Source of the DNA: Planctomycetota bacterium
Lineage (GTDB): Bacteria > Planctomycetota > GCA-002687715 > DRQF01
Direction of reading: 5' to 3'
Length of the DNA stretch: 47,532 bases
Assembly (NCBI GenBank): GCA_036479435.1
Contig: JAZGFI010000224.1
Location: forward strand, 1-47,532
Below, in pieces: positions 38,396 to 47,532 of this stretch. Below the pieces are notes generated by a model, which saw only the letters and a program-made list of their open reading frames with translations, had not been told where the DNA came from and did not search any database. Both the position numbers and the translations under genes were made by a program. Position 1 is the first letter of the stretch. Each line of letters begins with the position of its first letter.

Positions 38396-39202
38396 TCACC
38401 GCGGCCTTTGTTGATCCGATTCGATCCGGTCTCGACGGCGAAAATAAACGCCGACAAAGAGCATAATTCCTAAGCCGGAAAAGGCGAGCAGCGGAGCGCG
38501 GGACGATTCTCGCCAAGTTAGCAATTTGCCTTTGGCGTTAAGGCGCTCCTCAATCACCTTGGTGGTAATGACGCCCTCAGAAATCGAGGAGATCTTGATG
38601 GTCGATCTGACGGTTGCCGAAAGATCCGCTATCTTGACGAATCCTCGAGTAGAGATCCGCTTTGACTTCGCGAATCCTGGCAGCATGCTCCAAGCGACGA
38701 GCTGGCGTTTTTTGGCCAAAACGTCGAATTCTTTTTTTCGCTCGTGCGGGATCGCAATGAGAAACGCGCCGTAGCGTGGCCGATCATGGACACCGTTTGC
38801 ACGAAGCAAGATCGGCTTGGATGTCGCCAAACCGACAGGTGCCCACCAGTAAATTCGCCAAGCCGTGAGTTCTCGCCTCTTTCCGTCTTTCGCCACGAAG
38901 GTCTTTTGGGGCGGCAGTTCGATTCGACGCCCGATTTTCAGTTTCGCGGGATCAATCCCAGGATTCGCCTTCGCGATCTCCTTCCATCGAACCGACGTCC
39001 CAAAGTGACCTTTTGAGATCGATGAGAGGGTTTCCCCTTTGGCGATGACGTGAGCCGTCCATGATTGATCGGCCAACCCGGACAAATCGATAATCGTCTC
39101 GGTTGGCACCGCTCTCATCCCGTTTGGAATGACGTCAGCACGAACCCAGGGCGCGGCCAAAAGAATGAAGACAAGGAAAAGTGCAGCTGGCTTTGTCGGC
39201 AT
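38396..39202 (-). CDS. LysM-domain exported protein with C-terminal TM anchor
   Basis: Signal peptide (VRA-D). LysM HVIAKGETLSSIS...WKEIAKANPGIDP..LKIGRRIELP. C-terminal TM segment followed by RRR. Confidence 0.85.
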   Translation of the reverse strand: MPTKPAALFLVFILLAAPWVRADVIPNGMRAVPTETIIDLSGLADQSWTAHVIAKGETLSSISKGHFGTSVRWKEIAKANPGIDPAKLKIGRRIELPPQKTFVAKDGKRRELTAWRIYWWAPVGLATSKPILLRANGVHDRPRYGAFLIAIPHERKKEFDVLAKKRQLVAWSMLPGFAKSKRISTRGFVKIADLSATVRSTIKISSISEGVITTKVIEERLNAKGKLLTWRESSRAPLLAFSGLGIMLFVGVYFRRRDRIESDQQRPR

Positions 39203-39451
39203 ACGAATTCATCCCACTTCTGTGCCAATTCAGAGTTTAACGTCTCTCCGGCGACTTGGACGTTCTTCCTCGGCCCGAGTTCAGCCAATTTCGAACAAAT
39301 CGGCCGATAAATCGCAGCCTCGTCGACCAACATCGAAAAGGCCGTTTGTTTGATTTTTGGACGCGGGAACTCCCCAATGAAGAGATCTGCAGCCTCAGTT
39401 GAGCCCTGAGCCCACTGTCTTATCATCTAGGACTCAAACACGGAGGACCTC

Positions 39452-40570
39452 ATGAGCCTACAAACCGCGCTGTCTGGTCCGAGCGGGCAGATCCCCTTGG
39501 CGTCAAAGTACACCGAGACCGACCCCAAGGTGGTGATCGCCAAGATCGCCGCCATTAAGAAACGTATGGGTGATCGCCTGCTCATCCTCGGGCATCACTA
39601 TCAGTGCGATGAGGTGGTACAGTTCGCGGACTTTCTCGGCGACTCTTTCAAACTCGCTCAACTTGCGACGCAACGCCCTGAAGCCGACTACATCGTTTTT
39701 TGCGGTGTGCACTTCATGGCCGAGTCAGCGGATATCTTGGCATCTGACCACCAGGTCGTGGTCCTTCCGGACATGAACGCCGGCTGCTCGATGGCCGACA
39801 TGGCGAACATCGACCAACTCGAAGAAGCCTGGGCCGAGCTCACCGCGATCAATGGTGAGGACTCTTACCTGCCGATCACCTACATGAATTCTGCCGCGTC
39901 TATCAAAGCCTTTTGCGGCCGGCACGGCGGCACCGTCTGTACCTCCTCCAACGCCGAAACCGTTTACCGCTGGGCGCTCGATCAAGACAAGCGCATCATC
40001 TTTTTGCCCGACCAACACCTCGGTCGCAACGTCGGCTTCAAGATGGGAATCCCTCTCGAAGAAATGGTGCTTTGGAATCCCTTGACCATTGCTGATGACA
40101 ACCTCGCCAACGGGGTCGCTGACGCCAAGGTCGTGCTGTGGCAAGGACACTGCTCCGTCCACGGTCGTTTCCTTCCCGAGCACGTTGACGAAGTTCGTGA
40201 GAAGTTCCCCGGCATCCGCGTGATCGCCCACCCCGAGTGTACTTTTGAAGTCGTGCAGCGCTCCGACGAGAGCGGTTCGACAGAACGTATCATCAAGGCC
40301 GTCAGCGAATCTCCCGTAGGCAGCAAATGGGCCATTGGCACCGAGATTCACCTCGTCCATCGTTTGGCCGCCGAAAACCCCGACAAGACCGTCGTGAGCC
40401 TTTCCGGAATTGCCTGCCTCTGCGCCACGATGTATCGCATCGACCCGCCGCACTTGTTGTGGTCGTTGGAAGCCTTGGAACGTGGCGAACCGGTCAACGT
40501 GGTGAAGGTTGATGAGCAGACGGCGGCAGATGCGCGTTTGGCGCTGAACAAGATGTTGGAGTTGGCTTGA
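39452..40570 (+). CDS. nadA: Quinolinate synthase
   Basis: ILGHHYQ, GDSF, FCGVHFMAE, AGCSMAD, YMNS, CTSSNA, HPEC and C.TM. Confidence 0.97.
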   Translation: MSLQTALSGPSGQIPLASKYTETDPKVVIAKIAAIKKRMGDRLLILGHHYQCDEVVQFADFLGDSFKLAQLATQRPEADYIVFCGVHFMAESADILASDHQVVVLPDMNAGCSMADMANIDQLEEAWAELTAINGEDSYLPITYMNSAASIKAFCGRHGGTVCTSSNAETVYRWALDQDKRIIFLPDQHLGRNVGFKMGIPLEEMVLWNPLTIADDNLANGVADAKVVLWQGHCSVHGRFLPEHVDEVREKFPGIRVIAHPECTFEVVQRSDESGSTERIIKAVSESPVGSKWAIGTEIHLVHRLAAENPDKTVVSLSGIACLCATMYRIDPPHLLWSLEALERGEPVNVVKVDEQTAADARLALNKMLELA

Positions 40571-40620
40571 GGCTGGGATTTTCTGGGCAAAGGGTGGTGA
40601 CTTTGGTCTGACCCAAGTGT

Positions 40621-41604
40621 TCAGGGTTTGCGAGGAGGGTTGAGGAGGAGGTGGGCGTAGCGTTGGGGGTCGACGTTGCGGCCGGTTAGGACGATCACTA
40701 AGGGTGGCTTTAGGTTGGGGAAGGCGCCCGCCAAAACGGCGGCGAGGCCGACGGCGGCGCTGGGTTCGACGGCGAGGCCCTCTTGGGACGCCAAGAGACC
40801 CATCGCGTTGCGGATCTGATCATCGGTCGCAAGGCCGCCGACGGCCCTGAGGCGCTTGGCTTGGGCGAAGCCGAGTTGACCCGGAAGATCTGCCGTCAAA
40901 CCATCCGCGATGCTGTCGACTTTGGGATTGTGCCAAGGCTCACCCGCCGCGAGTGAGCGCACGAAAGTCGGGTTGCCTGTGGGCTGGGCCGCCAACAGAG
41001 CGACTTTTTTCCCTGATCTCTCAACGGCCAAGGCCAGGCCCCCGAGTAAACCTCCCCCGCTCGTCGGCACCACGATCGAAGCACAGGCCGGCAACTGTTC
41101 CAAAATTTCATCACCGCAAGTCGCGTTGCCCGCGAGCGTTTCGACGGAGCTGTGAGGGTGCAGAGCTAAGGCTCCGGTTTCGGCGACGATGGCGTCCACC
41201 AACTCTTGCCGCGCCGCGTAGCGATCTTCAGAGAAGACAACTTCCGCGCCGCGCGCGCGCGTTCGTTCAACTTTGAAGGCCGCCGTGCTGGGCGTCATGA
41301 CGATCTGCGCCCGGACGCCACATCGTCGGGCCGCCTCCGCCAAGGCGGCGGCGTAGTTACCCGAAGAAGAAGCCACGACTCCGCGCTGACGCTGGTCTGC
41401 ACTCAGGGCCAGCACACCGTTCAAAGCCGCGCGGTACTTAAACGAACCTGTGATCTGCCGCGTTTCGAGTTTGAAAAAAAGATCGCCACCGGCGGGCAGC
41501 TCCAAAGAGCTTGCCCGCCACAGCGGCGTCGGGGTTAATTCTCTACTCAGGCCTTGCCTTGCGGCCGCGAGAGCCGTCGACCAGTCGTTTGATGACGCAT
41601 CCAT
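40621..41604 (-). CDS. PLP-dependent threonine/serine dehydratase family protein
   Basis: KLE..Q.TGSFKYR, SSGNY, PTSGGGL, EPSAA and LTGRN. Start MDASS at 41604 after GAGGAG. Confidence 0.88.
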   Translation of the reverse strand: MDASSNDWSTALAAARQGLSRELTPTPLWRASSLELPAGGDLFFKLETRQITGSFKYRAALNGVLALSADQRQRGVVASSSGNYAAALAEAARRCGVRAQIVMTPSTAAFKVERTRARGAEVVFSEDRYAARQELVDAIVAETGALALHPHSSVETLAGNATCGDEILEQLPACASIVVPTSGGGLLGGLALAVERSGKKVALLAAQPTGNPTFVRSLAAGEPWHNPKVDSIADGLTADLPGQLGFAQAKRLRAVGGLATDDQIRNAMGLLASQEGLAVEPSAAVGLAAVLAGAFPNLKPPLVIVLTGRNVDPQRYAHLLLNPPRKP

Positions 41605-41636
41605 CGACAACTCCTCGCTGACCGCAACCGAATGTC

Positions 41637-42851
41637 TTACTTCACTTCGAGAAGCTCGACGTAAAAGATGAGGTCGCACTCGGCGGGGATGCCGGCGCGG
41701 GGGTTCCCTTTGGCGCCGTAGGCATCTTTCCAGGGAATCCTGAAGCGATAGATCGCCCCTTCTTTCATCAGGGGGATGCCCTCTTGCCATCCCTTCACGA
41801 CGCGCGCCAAAGCGAACTCAGACGAAGTGCCGCGGCTGTAAGAGCTGTCAAAATTGTGGCCATCTTTGGTCCAGCCACAATAGTGCGCCTTCACCGTGTT
41901 GGCGATCGAGGGCTGTAGTCCGTCGGCACTGCCTTTTTTGATGACTTCATACTCAAGACCGCTCTCAGTCTTGTGCAACTCCAAAGCGGGATCAAAGTCA
42001 AAGGGAATGACCTGGCCGACCTCAAGCGTCCACACCGTCGTGGTGTTGGGCGGGCACATGGGTCCAGCAGCTTTGCCCTTGAAGCAAATCTCTGGTGGAA
42101 CCTCAACGTGGTAGACGCCACCCGGGTGTACTTGCTCGATAAAGGAGGCGAAAAAGGGCAGCCTCTTGTTGAACGCCGCAGCGGTCACGCTCATGAGCCT
42201 GTCAGCACCGTTGACGCGACTACTGTCGCAGTAAGCGCTATCTTTGTTCCAAAAAGTGTAATGCAACTTGATCAGGTCGTGTTGCCCAATCTTCCGATTG
42301 GGATCTTTCGGCGCCTTCGCCGTCTTGATGCGCATTCCGTTCTGCAGTGTCACGATGGATTTGTCGTACGCGCGGAAGACCGGAAACATCGGCACGTTCG
42401 CACCGGCATCTTTGAAGCTGACCAAATCTACAGTGAAGATCAGGTCAGACTTGGCGGGGATCTTGGGACCTTGGGCTTTTTCGCCGTAGGCAAGTTTCCA
42501 GGGAATGGTGAACTTGAACATGTCACCTGGGCTCATCAACTGTAGGCCCTCATTCCAGCCTGGAATGACTCGCCCTAACGTGAAGGTGGCGGGTGCCCCG
42601 CCCGGTTTGTCGTAGGAAGCGTCAAAGACCGTGCCGTTTTTTAGCCAACCGCGGTAGTGACAGGTGACCGAATCACCCATCCCCGGGTGGCCCGTGCCCT
42701 CGCCTTTTCTGAGGATGCAGTACTGCAGACCCGTCTTCGTGACGATGATCTTGGTGTCCTCCGGAATCGGCGGATCCTTCTTTTCATCTTGGGCGACAAC
42801 AGTCAGCGCCATGAGGCCAATCAGGGCCAATGTCGAGATCTTGCGAATCAC
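41637..42851 (-). CDS. Exported FKBP-type peptidyl-prolyl isomerase with three FKBP domains
   Basis: Signal peptide. HYRGWL..GTVFDAS, VIPGWNEGL and HYCGW...FDSS, VVKGWQEG. The middle domain is degenerate. Confidence 0.92.
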   Translation of the reverse strand: MIRKISTLALIGLMALTVVAQDEKKDPPIPEDTKIIVTKTGLQYCILRKGEGTGHPGMGDSVTCHYRGWLKNGTVFDASYDKPGGAPATFTLGRVIPGWNEGLQLMSPGDMFKFTIPWKLAYGEKAQGPKIPAKSDLIFTVDLVSFKDAGANVPMFPVFRAYDKSIVTLQNGMRIKTAKAPKDPNRKIGQHDLIKLHYTFWNKDSAYCDSSRVNGADRLMSVTAAAFNKRLPFFASFIEQVHPGGVYHVEVPPEICFKGKAAGPMCPPNTTTVWTLEVGQVIPFDFDPALELHKTESGLEYEVIKKGSADGLQPSIANTVKAHYCGWTKDGHNFDSSYSRGTSSEFALARVVKGWQEGIPLMKEGAIYRFRIPWKDAYGAKGNPRAGIPAECDLIFYVELLEVK

Positions 42852-43056
42852 GTCAGTTTCCTTTCAGACGAAGCTCTAGAAGGCCGAGGATAACGCCGGG
42901 TGAGGAGCCAGAAAAATAGCGGTCAGGCTCAGGGTGAAAAAGGACCCAAGTTCTCGGCGAGAATTCGCTCTGAGGCTCAGGTCACCGCCGATTGGCCCAT
43001 CCCCCGAAGGCCGTATCATGATCGCAGTCAAGAGCTTGTAAGCGGAGAAGGAAAAC

Positions 43057-44643
43057 ATGGGGACTCCCCGTATCATCATCATCGGCGGCGGATTTGCCGG
43101 GGTCAAATGCGCAAAAATCTTGCGCAAGAAGCTCCGCGATCACGAGGCCGAGATCGTGATCTTCAACCGCGAAAACCACATGGTGTTCCACCCCATGTTG
43201 GCCGAAGTCGCCGGAGGCTCTCTCAACCCTGACGTCGTGGCGGCCCCTTTGCGCCAAATGTTGCCCAAGGTTAAATGCCGCACCGAAGAAGTGCAGGGTG
43301 TCGACCTGGTGAACAAAGAGGTTGTCTACGAGGCCCACGACGGCCGCGAGGCAACGATGACCTATGACCACGCGGTACTGGCCTGCGGCGGCGTGGTGAA
43401 CTTGGGCCTGGTACCCGGCATGGCGGATCACGCCTTTCCGCTCAAGACCGTAGGCGATGCCGTCGCGCTTCGCGCCCACATCATGCAACAGCTCGAAAAA
43501 GCGGAAGTCTGCGAAGACGAGGAGCGGCGACGTTGGTACTTGTCTTTCGTGGTCGTCGGCGGAGGCTACAGCGGCGTTGAAGCTGCAGGCGAGATCAATG
43601 ACCTCGCGCGAGGTTCCGTCCGCTTTTTCCAGAACATCCACGACGACGATATCAGCGTCGTCATTGTTCATTCACGCGATCAGTTGCTACCCGAGATCGG
43701 CTCAAAGCTCCGAGATTTCACTCGTGAGAAAATGCAACAAGCGGGCATCGAGGTCGTGCTCAATTCTCGGGCTGCGCTCGCGACGCCCGACGGCATCATC
43801 CTCAAAGACGAACGCGTTATCCGCGCCGCGACCGTCATCTGCACCATCGGCAGCATGGCCTCACCCGTCATCAAAAAACTCGACGTCGAGATGGAGCGCG
43901 ACCGCCCCATCACCGAACCCGACATGAGGGTCAAAGGACACGATTCCCTGTGGGCTATCGGTGATTGTGCCCTCATCATCAATGCCGAAGACGGCAAGCC
44001 CTCGCCGCCGACGGGGCAGTTTGCCGAGCGCGAAGGCAAGCAAGCCGCTTACAACATCATCCGCACGCTCAAGGGCGAAGAGACCAAGCCCTTTTCTTTC
44101 AAGCCGCTGGGACAGCTGTGTTCCATCGGGGGCCACCGCGCCGTCGCAGAAGTCTTCGGCTTGCGGATCTCAGGGTTTTTCGCCTGGGTCATGTGGCGCA
44201 TCATCTACTTGATGAAGATGCCTTCGTGGTCGAGGCGCTTTAAGGCGGCCTTTGACTGGGCTTGGCAAATCGTCTTCTCGCGCGACTTGACTCACCTAAA
44301 ACCCGACAAGACCGCCCGCGTATCCCACGCCTTCTATCGAGACGGGGATTGGATCTTCCGCGAGGGAGATCCGGCGGCCGACTTCTACGTGTTGGAAAAG
44401 GGCGAAGTCGAGATCGTGCGCGGCAGCGGTGAAAAGGAAATAGTGTTGGCCAAGCTTGCCGCTGGCGAGTTCTTCGGCGAAATGGCGCTCTTGAAAGACG
44501 AGCCTCGCAACGCTGGCGTAAGGGCGAAGGGCAACGTTGAAGTCGTCACCATGGGCAAAAACGTCTTCCAACAGATCTCGAGTTCTCTGGGTCCGCTGCA
44601 GGAACTGTTGGAACAATCGATGATCGAACGATCGCGGTCATAA
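43057..44643 (+). CDS. Type II NAD(P)H dehydrogenase (NDH-2) family FAD oxidoreductase fused to a C-terminal cNMP-binding domain
   Basis: GGGFAG, GGGYSGVE.AGE and WAIGDCA motifs. C-terminal IFREGD...FYVLEKGEVEI...GEFFGEMALL..EPRNAGVRA. Confidence 0.9.
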   Translation: MGTPRIIIIGGGFAGVKCAKILRKKLRDHEAEIVIFNRENHMVFHPMLAEVAGGSLNPDVVAAPLRQMLPKVKCRTEEVQGVDLVNKEVVYEAHDGREATMTYDHAVLACGGVVNLGLVPGMADHAFPLKTVGDAVALRAHIMQQLEKAEVCEDEERRRWYLSFVVVGGGYSGVEAAGEINDLARGSVRFFQNIHDDDISVVIVHSRDQLLPEIGSKLRDFTREKMQQAGIEVVLNSRAALATPDGIILKDERVIRAATVICTIGSMASPVIKKLDVEMERDRPITEPDMRVKGHDSLWAIGDCALIINAEDGKPSPPTGQFAEREGKQAAYNIIRTLKGEETKPFSFKPLGQLCSIGGHRAVAEVFGLRISGFFAWVMWRIIYLMKMPSWSRRFKAAFDWAWQIVFSRDLTHLKPDKTARVSHAFYRDGDWIFREGDPAADFYVLEKGEVEIVRGSGEKEIVLAKLAAGEFFGEMALLKDEPRNAGVRAKGNVEVVTMGKNVFQQISSSLGPLQELLEQSMIERSRS

Positions 44644-44688
44644 CGCAGATCGCAGTCTTAGCGAATGTCGCAGGATCGACGCCGATCG

Positions 44689-46335
44689 CTAGTCGCGAAC
44701 ACTCTTGACGAGATAAGGTTGCACCGCCTTGGTCTTGCCCTTCAGCGGGACAACATCTGTCGCCTCACAATCAAAGTAGTCACCAATCATCTCGAAGGTT
44801 AAGGGCCCAATCACCACCTGGCCCGGTTTCGCCACCGTCGACTCAAGGCGCGATGCCGTGTTCACCGTATCTCCGATGACGGTGTAGTCTTTTCGCTCGG
44901 GAGACCCGATATCACCGGCCACCACCGGGCCGGAGTTGATGCCGATACGCATCGCGACTTCTTGGCCCTCGTGTTCTGCATTCCAGAGTTTTAGTTCTTG
45001 CTGCATGCGCAGCGCCGCCCTCACCGCACGCTCGGCGTGGTCGGGCTGTTCGATGGGGGCTCCGAAGAACGCCATCATTCCGTCACCCATGAACTTGTCG
45101 AGAGTGCCGTCGAACTCAAAAATGCAGTTTGTCATCTTCTCAAAAATGACATTTAGCATCGCCGCCGTGTCCTGAGGCGTCATGTTCTCGGACATCGCCG
45201 TAAAGCCGGAGAGGTCGCCAAAGAGGATGGTGACCTCGCGCTCTTCGGTCATCATCCCGCCGATTTGATGGAGGCCGGTCTTGTTTGATCTCGCATCAGA
45301 CAAGATCTTGTCAACAACGTGTTTCGAGTTGTACTTAGCGAGCTTGTCGCGACAACTTTCTTCGAAGATGATGCGTTCTTGTAAGCGACGTTGCTCCACC
45401 GCGACGGCCGAAAACACCGCCAAGGCTGAGAGCAGCCGTAAATTCTCTTCGCTGAAGGGCTTCAAGCGGCTTACATAGTCGACGTACAAGATCCCGCAAA
45501 CGCCATGATCAGCGCTATCAGGGGCAAACATCGGCGCACACATCGCCGATTGAATATTGAGATTGATGATGCTCTCTTCTTGCCCAAATCGCTGGTCGGA
45601 AAGGGCATCTCCTACCCGAAACGCCTGCTTGCAACGTATAGCCTCCATCGCAATCGAATGGCTAACCTTGATGGGATCCATGTTCCGATCGTCGCGGGTG
45701 CGCGTCACCCGCGGGATAATCTCGTTTTTCTCCGAATCAAAAAGCGCCACGACGGCGCGTTCGGCCGGCAGGTTTTTGAAAATCAAGTCGATGATCTTGT
45801 CGAACATCTCGTCCAGCCCACCGGAGGCGAGCAAGGCCTGCGCTGCTTCGGCAAAGAGGCTCACGGCCCAGGCTGCAGCTTGCGAAGAGTCGCCAATGCT
45901 GAGGTCCGAGGAGTCCGAACCCAAGTTGAGATCCGCCATGTTGAAGATGGCGGTCTTGTTGCTGCGCGCCGCATCTTCTTCAAAAACAACGCGATGGCCT
46001 CGGGAACCCGAAAGGCGAGACGCGGGCAACTTTTCCAACTCAAACTGAAGCCTGACTTCGCCCAACCAAATCGTGTCGCCGCTTTTGATTTTGCTCTTAA
46101 TGACCGGCGCTTCGGCGTCATTGACTTTGGTGCCATTGGCACTCTGCATGTCGAAAACCGACCAACCGCTGGGCTCACGAATAATCGTGGCGTGCTTACG
46201 CGAGACGCGTTCGTCTTTGACCGTAAGGTCACAGCTCGGCGATCGGCCAATGACGATACGGTCTTGAACCAACGTTTCCGATGATTCACGACCGTTGATC
46301 ACAAAAGTCAATTTGACTCGGGGAATCTCCGACAT
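44689..46335 (-). CDS. FHA-GAF class III adenylate cyclase
   Basis: FHA (IGRS, VSRKHA, SANGT), GAF (SAMCAPM..GILYVD) and cyclase (LFGDLSGFT, DKFMGDG, YTVIGDTVNTASRLE). The Lys/Thr pair implies ATP specificity. TGATG coupling to the PDE gene. Confidence 0.92.
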   Translation of the reverse strand: MSEIPRVKLTFVINGRESSETLVQDRIVIGRSPSCDLTVKDERVSRKHATIIREPSGWSVFDMQSANGTKVNDAEAPVIKSKIKSGDTIWLGEVRLQFELEKLPASRLSGSRGHRVVFEEDAARSNKTAIFNMADLNLGSDSSDLSIGDSSQAAAWAVSLFAEAAQALLASGGLDEMFDKIIDLIFKNLPAERAVVALFDSEKNEIIPRVTRTRDDRNMDPIKVSHSIAMEAIRCKQAFRVGDALSDQRFGQEESIINLNIQSAMCAPMFAPDSADHGVCGILYVDYVSRLKPFSEENLRLLSALAVFSAVAVEQRRLQERIIFEESCRDKLAKYNSKHVVDKILSDARSNKTGLHQIGGMMTEEREVTILFGDLSGFTAMSENMTPQDTAAMLNVIFEKMTNCIFEFDGTLDKFMGDGMMAFFGAPIEQPDHAERAVRAALRMQQELKLWNAEHEGQEVAMRIGINSGPVVAGDIGSPERKDYTVIGDTVNTASRLESTVAKPGQVVIGPLTFEMIGDYFDCEATDVVPLKGKTKAVQPYLVKSVRD

Positions 46336-47096
46336 CAAAAATCATAGTCCTTGTTCGCAGCTCCAACTTGGACCATCGGGTCCTGGAGCGATTCCAACTC
46401 AGCCACAATTTCGTCGCGATAGCGAGCCTTGATGTGGAATGCGATAAAAGGCAAGTCGCGCTGGAGCTTACCTTTTTCCAGCGCGAAAAGCTCTGGAGTC
46501 AGGTGTTTCGTCAACGCCGCCATCTTGGCTTGCCCATTGGGGAAACTCGCCTCTAGAAAGACAGCCTTCAGATTCTCCTCTTGGCGGGCGAGGTCCCAGA
46601 CTTCTGTTGTCGGCCCGGTATCGCCCACAATAAGAACGCTCGTATCACCCTCTCGGATCATGTACGCCAAGGTTGGAACCGGGTGGGACACCGGGATCGC
46701 CGTGATTTCTTTGTCAGCAATTCGAAAAGTCTGCCGTGGCTCGACCTCAATCAACTCGAAAAATGGGCGACCGGCGGGGGCCCGATTGAGCAGATCCGGC
46801 CAAAGGCGGTCATTGAAAAGATCCTCTTTGAGGCAATCCATCACCGCGTGGCTCGCGTGAATTCGAACCGGCTCTGAACGATCTTCCCAAGTATTCTCAA
46901 GCCATACCGGGAGGCTCGAAATATGATCTGCGTGGCTGTGGGTAATGAGGAGGTCTTTAACCCCTAGCTGCTGATCTGCGCTCGCGACGTAGCCGATCGA
47001 GCCCGCGTCAACCGCGATGTGGTCATCAACCAAAAAAGAGGTCAGGTACCCCTCAAGCCGCGAATCGCACAGGGAGCCGAGTAGCCGAATCTTCAT
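46335..47096 (-). CDS. Class II (metallo-beta-lactamase fold) 3',5'-cyclic nucleotide phosphodiesterase
   Basis: TSFLVDD..AVDAG, THSHADH, VSHPVP, GDTGPT, EASFPN, HLTP and HIK. Confidence 0.85.
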   Translation of the reverse strand: MKIRLLGSLCDSRLEGYLTSFLVDDHIAVDAGSIGYVASADQQLGVKDLLITHSHADHISSLPVWLENTWEDRSEPVRIHASHAVMDCLKEDLFNDRLWPDLLNRAPAGRPFFELIEVEPRQTFRIADKEITAIPVSHPVPTLAYMIREGDTSVLIVGDTGPTTEVWDLARQEENLKAVFLEASFPNGQAKMAALTKHLTPELFALEKGKLQRDLPFIAFHIKARYRDEIVAELESLQDPMVQVGAANKDYDF

Positions 47097-47241
47097 GGTT
47101 CCCTTTCCGCGTCAGCTGGTCCTTGGCTGAGCATAAGTGCTTACTTACTAAGGCTCAACGACTAAACGAGGCAATTCGCGCCGCGACTTCGCGTCAACGC
47201 CCCTCCCTTTTCTCGTCCGCCACGGGCGATAAGCTGAAATC

Positions 47242-47532
47242 ATGATCGTCCCCATGTTCCCCCTCCCGGGGGTTTATCTATTTCCCAACGCCATCATGCC
47301 GCTGCGGATCTTCGAGCCGAGGTATCAGGCCATGATCGAAGACCTCTTGGACACCGCTGGCCGTTTTGTGTTGGCCTCGATCCAGGCAGGACATGAATCG
47401 GAGATCGTTGGATCTCCTCCGGTCGACAGGGTCGTCGGGCTGGGAGAGATCACCCGGCACGAGAAACTCCCCAACGGAGACTTCCTCATCGTGCTCCAAG
47501 GACTAGGTCGCTACGCGATCGAAGAGGTCGAA
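47242..47532 (+). CDS. LON peptidase substrate-binding (Lon N-terminal) domain protein, runs off the window end
   Basis: Not in the ORF track. Translates as MIVPMFPLPGVYLFPNAIMPLRIFEPRYQAMIED...LPNGDFLIVLQGLGRY. Confidence 0.85.
   Translation, partial: MIVPMFPLPGVYLFPNAIMPLRIFEPRYQAMIEDLLDTAGRFVLASIQAGHESEIVGSPPVDRVVGLGEITRHEKLPNGDFLIVLQGLGRYAIEEVE

Noticed and set aside
39203..39451. NAD+-I (nadA motif) riboswitch or NiaR/NrtR/NadQ operator upstream of nadA
   Set aside because: No CAACAACCCCG-like core and no convincing palindrome by eye; an Infernal scan would be needed.
41605..41790. N-terminal extension of the dehydratase ORF
   Set aside because: Overlaps the FKBP gene in another frame; the RBS supports the start at 41604.
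47148..47166. TAA-GGCTCAACG as a second MITE end
   Set aside because: No matching inverted repeat nearby and weak similarity to the 19254 TIR.

Overview
GC-rich bacterial chromosomal segment. The gene styles (DUF2752, FG-GAP and Big_5 exported proteins, carboxypeptidase-regulatory-repeat protein) suggest an uncultured Planctomycetota lineage; this is inference. The left end carries an SOS mutagenesis cassette (lexA-imuA-imuB-dnaE2). Before it is a small island in which a frameshifted YhcG/DUF1016 nuclease gene lies between two ~225-bp copies of the lexA operator plus lexA 5' end, and the coding parts of these copies differ only at synonymous sites. The middle holds envelope and secreted-protein genes: two FG-GAP paralogues, a pseudo-trypsin/TPR/retropepsin protein, an Ig-like lipoprotein, a parvulin, an ECF sigma/anti-sigma pair and a PilM/GspL-like gene. 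It also holds housekeeping genes (rsgA, ribBA, carB, nadA), two 5'-truncated gene remnants (HAD, PhoD), a 132-bp MITE-like element and a GATTAA-rich nested repeat. The right end has a compact putative cAMP circuit: class II phosphodiesterase and FHA-GAF adenylate cyclase converging on an NDH-2 fused to a cNMP-binding domain. I saw no rRNA, tRNA or CRISPR array. All calls come from motif recognition by eye; no database searches were run.
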